DNA of 64,000 bases from IMG/VR virus record IMGVR_UViG_3300033141_006329, positions 1 to 64,000 of that record; one strand, given 5' to 3'. The notes beneath the pieces were generated by a model, which saw nothing but the letters and a program-made list of their open reading frames with translations, was not told the DNA's origin and made no database searches. Shown here piece by piece: positions 59,382-64,000 of the stretch. A program made the position numbers and the translations under genes. Each line of letters begins with the position of its first letter. The stretch's first letter is position 1.

Positions 59382-60101
59382 CTAGCCTATATCTATTACT
59401 ATTGGTGGAAGTGAATTTTCTTCCAATTTTTCCATCACTTCTCGTCTTAATTCCTGTCCTTCACTCTTAAGAGTGTCTCCTTCTAATGGTATTTCACCAA
59501 ATGGTGTTGTTAATCTACCGCCGCCATAATGTGTTCTTATACCACCTATCCATAACATTATATCTGCCAAACATAAATCCATAAACAATCTTTTCATAAC
59601 AGGTGGAATCTTCCTTAAATCATGAGGTTGTTCTCTTTCATAATTCACAACAAAATTATCACGAGATCCTTCAGGCAATACTCTAACTATATTAGGATGG
59701 AAAAATCTATATGTTTTATTCCATTGCGAAAAAGGTTTAAATAATTTAGATTTAAATACCTCTAATGACCAACATCTCAATGAATCGAATGAAAATGCCC
59801 CCATTATTGGATGTCCTGTAAGTAAATCATCGCCTAAATTAAAATAGCATTCCTTTATACCATATATAGTACAACCTTCTTCATCAAAAAATCTATAATG
59901 ATAAGTCTTTCCGGGTACTAAATAATTTGCATTGTTTGTTATTACTGATGTATATTCTTCATCTGGAAAATAATTACTAAACTCTGGTATAGTAACATTT
60001 TTTATCCACTCCCTTATTTCGGCATCACCTTTCTCTATGAAGGTACTTGGTAGCGATAATCTACCCTTTATATATACTAATACGTTGTTCCAATTTAACA
60101 T
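59382..60101 (-). CDS. neck/head-completion protein (T4 gp13-like)
   Basis: YIKGRL...IE, GGIRTHY, PFGEIPLEGDTLKSEG..LR. Confidence 0.6.
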   Translation of the reverse strand: MLNWNNVLVYIKGRLSLPSTFIEKGDAEIREWIKNVTIPEFSNYFPDEEYTSVITNNANYLVPGKTYHYRFFDEEGCTIYGIKECYFNLGDDLLTGHPIMGAFSFDSLRCWSLEVFKSKLFKPFSQWNKTYRFFHPNIVRVLPEGSRDNFVVNYEREQPHDLRKIPPVMKRLFMDLCLADIMLWIGGIRTHYGGGRLTTPFGEIPLEGDTLKSEGQELRREVMEKLEENSLPPIVIDIG

Positions 60102-60102
60102 T

Positions 60103-61275
60103 TTAATCTCCTATAAATATATCTTCTACAGCCCTCCGACTGAGATTGAAATCTTCTATGTTGTCCAATGCCGCAACAAAACTTTTCAATGAAGGAACTT
60201 GTTGAATTCCATCTTTATCTAATAGTTTGTCCATATATTTTATAATCTCCCTCTTACTTAAGGTATCCCCTTTTTCTAACCATCTACATAGAATTTCAAA
60301 TGATATTAATTTATAAGCTCTAGTAACTAGATCATTATTATCTATAGCCTTTTTCCATGTTTTATTTAATAGACCATCGTAATTCTCTTCCAAAAATTTA
60401 CCTCCTGCCATTATCCTATCCCAAACAGATTCTGGCGTCCCTATAATTTTATCTGATGTCTCTTTTTGACATATTGTTTTTGCTGCTGTTTTTCGACCAA
60501 CTCCATGTAATCCTGGCACATCATCGCCAGCATCCCCACATAGTGCCATTATAGAAACTACATGGTTAGGATCTAGAGATGACATATTTCCTTTTATCTG
60601 TGTCTTAATGTTACTATCCTGAAATCTTACAAATGCTGATAACATAGTACTATCTCTAAGAACAACATAATCGCCTTTAGATTTGTATATCTGAACTATA
60701 TTGGGTTTCGTTACACATTGATATAAATCTTTATCGTTAGAAAATACAATATGCAACGTGTCATCATCATCAAACTTTCTATTTATTAAATAATATGGTA
60801 AAAAATCTGACTCCAAAAATTTCAGACATAAAAAATATATATTTGGTAATTTGTTACATATCTTCTCACAAATGATAAAGTTCCTATCTCTTATATATTT
60901 TATTTTATCCCCACAAATTTCGGAAGTAGTACTCGTAATTTTTCTAGATTTTTTATAATTTTTATCTATCGTAGTATGATATGTAGACTCTCCAATATCT
61001 GAACATATATAAATATTTGCTTCTAATCCTCTCTTGAATGCATATCTCTTCCAGTATGAACATATATTAATAACTGATTGGAATATTGAACTGTCTACTT
61101 TTCCCATCATATTGCTATTGTGGATCATTTCTTTGACAACATCTTCTATAAATAATGCTCTCATAACATTCTTCAAATCGATGTATACATGTAATTTTTT
61201 AGGTTCTAACTCTTTAATAATATTATCTACTTCTGGTGTTGAAAATGCACTTATTAAACATACCGGATCTGGCAT
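60103..61275 (-). CDS. 5'-3' exonuclease / flap endonuclease (T4 RNase H-like)
   Basis: YIDLKN, YKKSR, ESD, SNDKDLYQ, GDAGDDVPGLHGVGRKTA. Confidence 0.85.
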   Translation of the reverse strand: MPDPVCLISAFSTPEVDNIIKELEPKKLHVYIDLKNVMRALFIEDVVKEMIHNSNMMGKVDSSIFQSVINICSYWKRYAFKRGLEANIYICSDIGESTYHTTIDKNYKKSRKITSTTSEICGDKIKYIRDRNFIICEKICNKLPNIYFLCLKFLESDFLPYYLINRKFDDDDTLHIVFSNDKDLYQCVTKPNIVQIYKSKGDYVVLRDSTMLSAFVRFQDSNIKTQIKGNMSSLDPNHVVSIMALCGDAGDDVPGLHGVGRKTAAKTICQKETSDKIIGTPESVWDRIMAGGKFLEENYDGLLNKTWKKAIDNNDLVTRAYKLISFEILCRWLEKGDTLSKREIIKYMDKLLDKDGIQQVPSLKSFVAALDNIEDFNLSRRAVEDIFIGD

Positions 61276-61308
61276 TTATTTCCCCTTTTTTTAAACTTGT
61301 TTCTATTC

Positions 61309-61325
61309 TTTTTAATTTGTCCAGT
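61309..61325 (-). promoter_or_regulatory. ACTGGACAAATTAAAAA motif
   Basis: just downstream of a terminator, upstream of the nuclease gene. Confidence 0.6.
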
Positions 61326-61348
61326 AGCACGTGTGGATTTTTGATTTT

Positions 61349-61381
61349 AAAAAGTGCGGGAAGCTTGGCGTCTTCCCACAC
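61349..61381 (-). terminator. intrinsic terminator
   Basis: GTGTGGGAAG/CTTCCCGCAC 10-bp stem, 8-nt loop, then TTTTT. Confidence 0.75.
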
Positions 61382-61412
61382 GTATTATTCTTGGCAACAT
61401 ATATTCAAAGAT

Positions 61413-61586
61413 TTACTTCAATCGCTTTTCTTTGAATTTCTCTAAATATTTATTAATACTTTTCTCGGACTTCGGGACATAAGACTTTGCTATATCTACA
61501 AGTACGCTAGAATCCTCACGGGGTTCTTCTCCAACTGGACATCAGCCTCCGTATCCCTTCTTATATTTAATATTCGTAATCCCCAT
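61413..61586 (-). CDS. 57-aa ORF with in-frame UGA at codon 15 (candidate selenoprotein)
   Basis: AGGAGA RBS; MGITNIKYKKGYGG[TGA]CPVGEEPREDSSVLVDIAKSYVPKSEKSINKYLEKFKEKRLK; hairpin 3' of the TGA. Confidence 0.55.
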
Positions 61587-61596
61587 ATACTATCTC

Positions 61597-61800
61597 CTAT
61601 GTCAAAACACCGCCATCAATCGTGTCAACATGAACCTCTACATCACCGGTACCTGCATCAGTTCCGGTCGAGTAAATAGTCACATTGTTCCCTGCTACTA
61701 CCTTAGTTATAACAGCATCTCCAGATGTGGTTGTGTTTAGATCAACTCTTTTCACATCACCATCTTTTAGTTGATTGCTTCTAACTTGTGTTCTTGGCAC
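61597..61800 (-). CDS. small tail-fibre-associated protein
   Basis: 67 aa, beta-rich, ends IDGG like the fibre. Confidence 0.6.
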   Translation of the reverse strand: MPRTQVRSNQLKDGDVKRVDLNTTTSGDAVITKVVAGNNVTIYSTGTDAGTGDVEVHVDTIDGGVLT

Positions 61801-61836
61801 TCTTATCTACCTCCCTTTCTCAGACTCTCATTTCTT

Positions 61837-63999
61837 TTATAAAGTTCCACCATCTATTTCAGTTATAGTAACATCACCGGATGATACTGTGAAATTTGCA
61901 GTGTTGAATGTTGCTATACCTTTATTACTATCACTTGCATCTTCACCTGCTATAGTGATATCCGCACCTGCTCCAGATGTATTAATGCCTTCTCCACCTT
62001 TGATTCCAAAACCATGAGTCGAAGGTGTAGCGGCAGAACCATCAGAATCAACAGTCTTAACAACCGTATCCTCTAAACTAACTGCACCTGAAGAAACATC
62101 AAAGTCAGCCGTTGCAAACGAAGCAACGCCCTTCTGTGAATCTGTAGCATCCTTAGCTGTAATTGTAACTGTAGTACCAGTGGCTGATGTATCAATACCT
62201 TGTGCATCAGTACCTGCTATAGTTGCTTGATGTGATGAAAATGTAGCGGTTCCACTATCGCTAGCAATTGATTTGGCTACACTATTATCAAGACTAATAA
62301 TACCAGTAGTATCATCAAAATCCTGAGATACAAATGTAGCAACACCCTTTGTAGAACCATCGGCTGCTGCATTATCGCCGGCAATACTAATATTATTATC
62401 AGAAACTGTAGTTGTAATACCAGTTCCACCCGCAACAACAAGCGTTTCACCAAGAGAAACAGTATCATCATCACCGCTATCGCAATCTATTGTTATAACA
62501 CTATTTGCAAGATTATCATTGGTAACACCACTAGATTTTATTCTAATGCCATCAGATCCATTAAACTCCAATCCATCAGCCGCATCTAATTTAACTTGTA
62601 AATCATTACCATTTAAAGTAAGACCAGCATCTGCATCATAGTCGGCTTTAAATACATCACCGTCTCTCTGAACACCGTGACTACCAGATAAATCATCTAT
62701 AGTATCTGTAGCAGCAATTGTTATCGTATCTGTATTAGGATCTGTTGTAATCACAATGTCATTACCTGCTGCAAATGTAAGTGTATCGGTTTCACCATCT
62801 GCAACTACATTACTTTGTCCAGACACGGCAACGGTTTTAAATACATCTTTAGTAGCCTGAGTATCATAAATTTCCTCAAGGGCACCTTCCACTGTCGTAG
62901 CAGTAAATTTAGCACTTGAATCTAATATTGGTATATCTTCAGCATTAACTTGATTTGCTCCTTCTCCCCAGTCGATTAAAGTATCATCAATACCATTTGC
63001 AACTAAAGAAACATTACCTGTAGTAACGGAGAAATGATTAGAATCAAACTTAGCAATACCTTTATTGCTATCACTTGCATCTTCACCTGCTATAGTAATA
63101 TCTGCACCAGCACCTGATGTGTCAATACCTTCTCCACCCTTAACACCAAAACCATGAGTTGAAGGTGTCGCAGCAGATCCGTCAGAAGCAACAGTTTTAA
63201 CAACCGTATCTTCTAAAGTTACTGCACCGGCTGCAACATCAAAATCACCACTATCAAATTGAGCTATACCCTTAACAGCAGTACTTGCATCAGAAGCTGT
63301 AATCGTAATTTTACCCGAAGAAGTTGTAGTTGCTATACCAGTTCCACCCTCTATATCAAGAGTTTCACCCAAACTTATATCATCTGTCCCTGCATCATCA
63401 GAAGTAACTGTGATGTGATCATTTGCCAATTCAGCATTAGCAACACCATCATCTTTTATAGTTACTACACCACCAGCAACACCAAAGTTATCACCGCTAA
63501 AACTAGCAATACCTTTATTAGATGTTGAAGCAGCTTCTCCCGAAACTGTGAGTGTATTTGCTTCATCGTCATAAGATATGTCTACACCATCACCTTCAAC
63601 CAATAATGATGATACTCTATCATCACATAACTCATCACTAAAGAATTTCTTAGTTCCTTCAGTTATGTCATCGGTTGTAGCATCGGCAGATATAACACCA
63701 GCAGTAACTTTAACAACACCAGTTCCTGATCCAATTGTAGCACCTGCAAATGTAGGACTCGATCCAGTAGCAATTGTTTGATCTAATCCATCCAGATTTC
63801 CAAATTCAGTAGTAGTAAGAGCATTTGCACCTATTGTAAATCCCGTAGCGGTCAAAACCTGTCCAGCATTCCAAGCTCCACTCAATCCTCTTGTACCATC
63901 TGCTCGTAAATATTGAGCATGATCATCATCAGCTAGTCCTTGTAATGAACCATGATCCTGCGTAGATCCAATATTAACCCAAGCTGTACCATTAAACTG
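61837..63999 (-). CDS. tail fibre protein, 5'-partial (frame open to the window end)
   Basis: G/T/D-rich modular repeats, about six KG(I/V)AxF units; [17 protein letters not shown] upstream of the called start. Confidence 0.8.
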   Translation of the reverse strand, partial: QFNGTAWVNIGSTQDHGSLQGLADDDHAQYLRADGTRGLSGAWNAGQVLTATGFTIGANALTTTEFGNLDGLDQTIATGSSPTFAGATIGSGTGVVKVTAGVISADATTDDITEGTKKFFSDELCDDRVSSLLVEGDGVDISYDDEANTLTVSGEAASTSNKGIASFSGDNFGVAGGVVTIKDDGVANAELANDHITVTSDDAGTDDISLGETLDIEGGTGIATTTSSGKITITASDASTAVKGIAQFDSGDFDVAAGAVTLEDTVVKTVASDGSAATPSTHGFGVKGGEGIDTSGAGADITIAGEDASDSNKGIAKFDSNHFSVTTGNVSLVANGIDDTLIDWGEGANQVNAEDIPILDSSAKFTATTVEGALEEIYDTQATKDVFKTVAVSGQSNVVADGETDTLTFAAGNDIVITTDPNTDTITIAATDTIDDLSGSHGVQRDGDVFKADYDADAGLTLNGNDLQVKLDAADGLEFNGSDGIRIKSSGVTNDNLANSVITIDCDSGDDDTVSLGETLVVAGGTGITTTVSDNNISIAGDNAAADGSTKGVATFVSQDFDDTTGIISLDNSVAKSIASDSGTATFSSHQATIAGTDAQGIDTSATGTTVTITAKDATDSQKGVASFATADFDVSSGAVSLEDTVVKTVDSDGSAATPSTHGFGIKGGEGINTSGAGADITIAGEDASDSNKGIATFNTANFTVSSGDVTITEIDGGTL
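61910..63245. repeat. imperfect direct repeat of about 195 bp inside the fibre gene (about 61910-62105 and 63050-63245)
   Basis: [52 protein letters not shown] twice, 1140 nt apart. Confidence 0.85.
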
Positions 64000-64000
64000 A

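Noticed and set aside
61910-63245. Tail-fibre repeat pair as a DGR template/variable region
   Set aside because: Differences look mostly synonymous and not adenine-specific, both copies are coding, and no reverse transcriptase is in the window.
1-64000. Many + strand ORFs in the track (e.g. 12132-12788, 8251-8679)
   Set aside because: They are antisense shadows of well-supported minus-strand genes, with no motifs or RBS support.
1-64000. Genome-wide stop-codon reassignment as the explanation for the in-frame TGA
   Set aside because: Long conserved genes translate intact in the standard code, and TGA, TAG and TAA all end genes at sensible positions.
1-64000. CRISPR arrays, tRNA or rRNA genes
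   Set aside because: No spaced direct repeats or cloverleaf structures seen by eye; tRNAscan-SE would be needed to exclude tRNAs fully.

Overview
AT-rich segment (roughly 30% GC by eye) of a jumbo-type tailed phage genome. Every credible gene is on the minus strand; the + strand ORFs in the track look like shadows. Left to right: a recombination/replication block (Mre11/SbcD-like nuclease, possible clamp, SSB, SF2 helicase); a QueD + radical SAM + RlmN/Cfr-like cluster; type II topoisomerase A and B genes separated by small ORFs and an HNH endonuclease; an accessory region (receiver-domain protein, NDT-like enzyme, Type IIG-like REase-MTase, dATP/dGTP diphosphohydrolase, Rnl5-type RNA ligase, frameshifted YqeY, sulfotransferase); a multisubunit RNA polymerase (one-piece beta; beta' split in two, with two inteins); a solo HicB; baseplate/spike genes; RecA; a volactin-like actin; class II RNR; a LigD phosphoesterase; a resolvase; a neck protein; a flap nuclease; and a tail fibre running off the right end. 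Best leads: (1) an actin-fold ATPase in a tight operon with coiled-coil partners; (2) an uncalled 57-aa ORF with an in-frame UGA followed by a SECIS-like hairpin (candidate phage selenoprotein); (3) an intein right after the catalytic DFDGD that ends in Tyr-Asp; (4) an RlmN-like enzyme lacking the resolving Cys beside queD; (5) two repeated promoter-like motifs. Family calls come from motif recognition only; no database searches were run.
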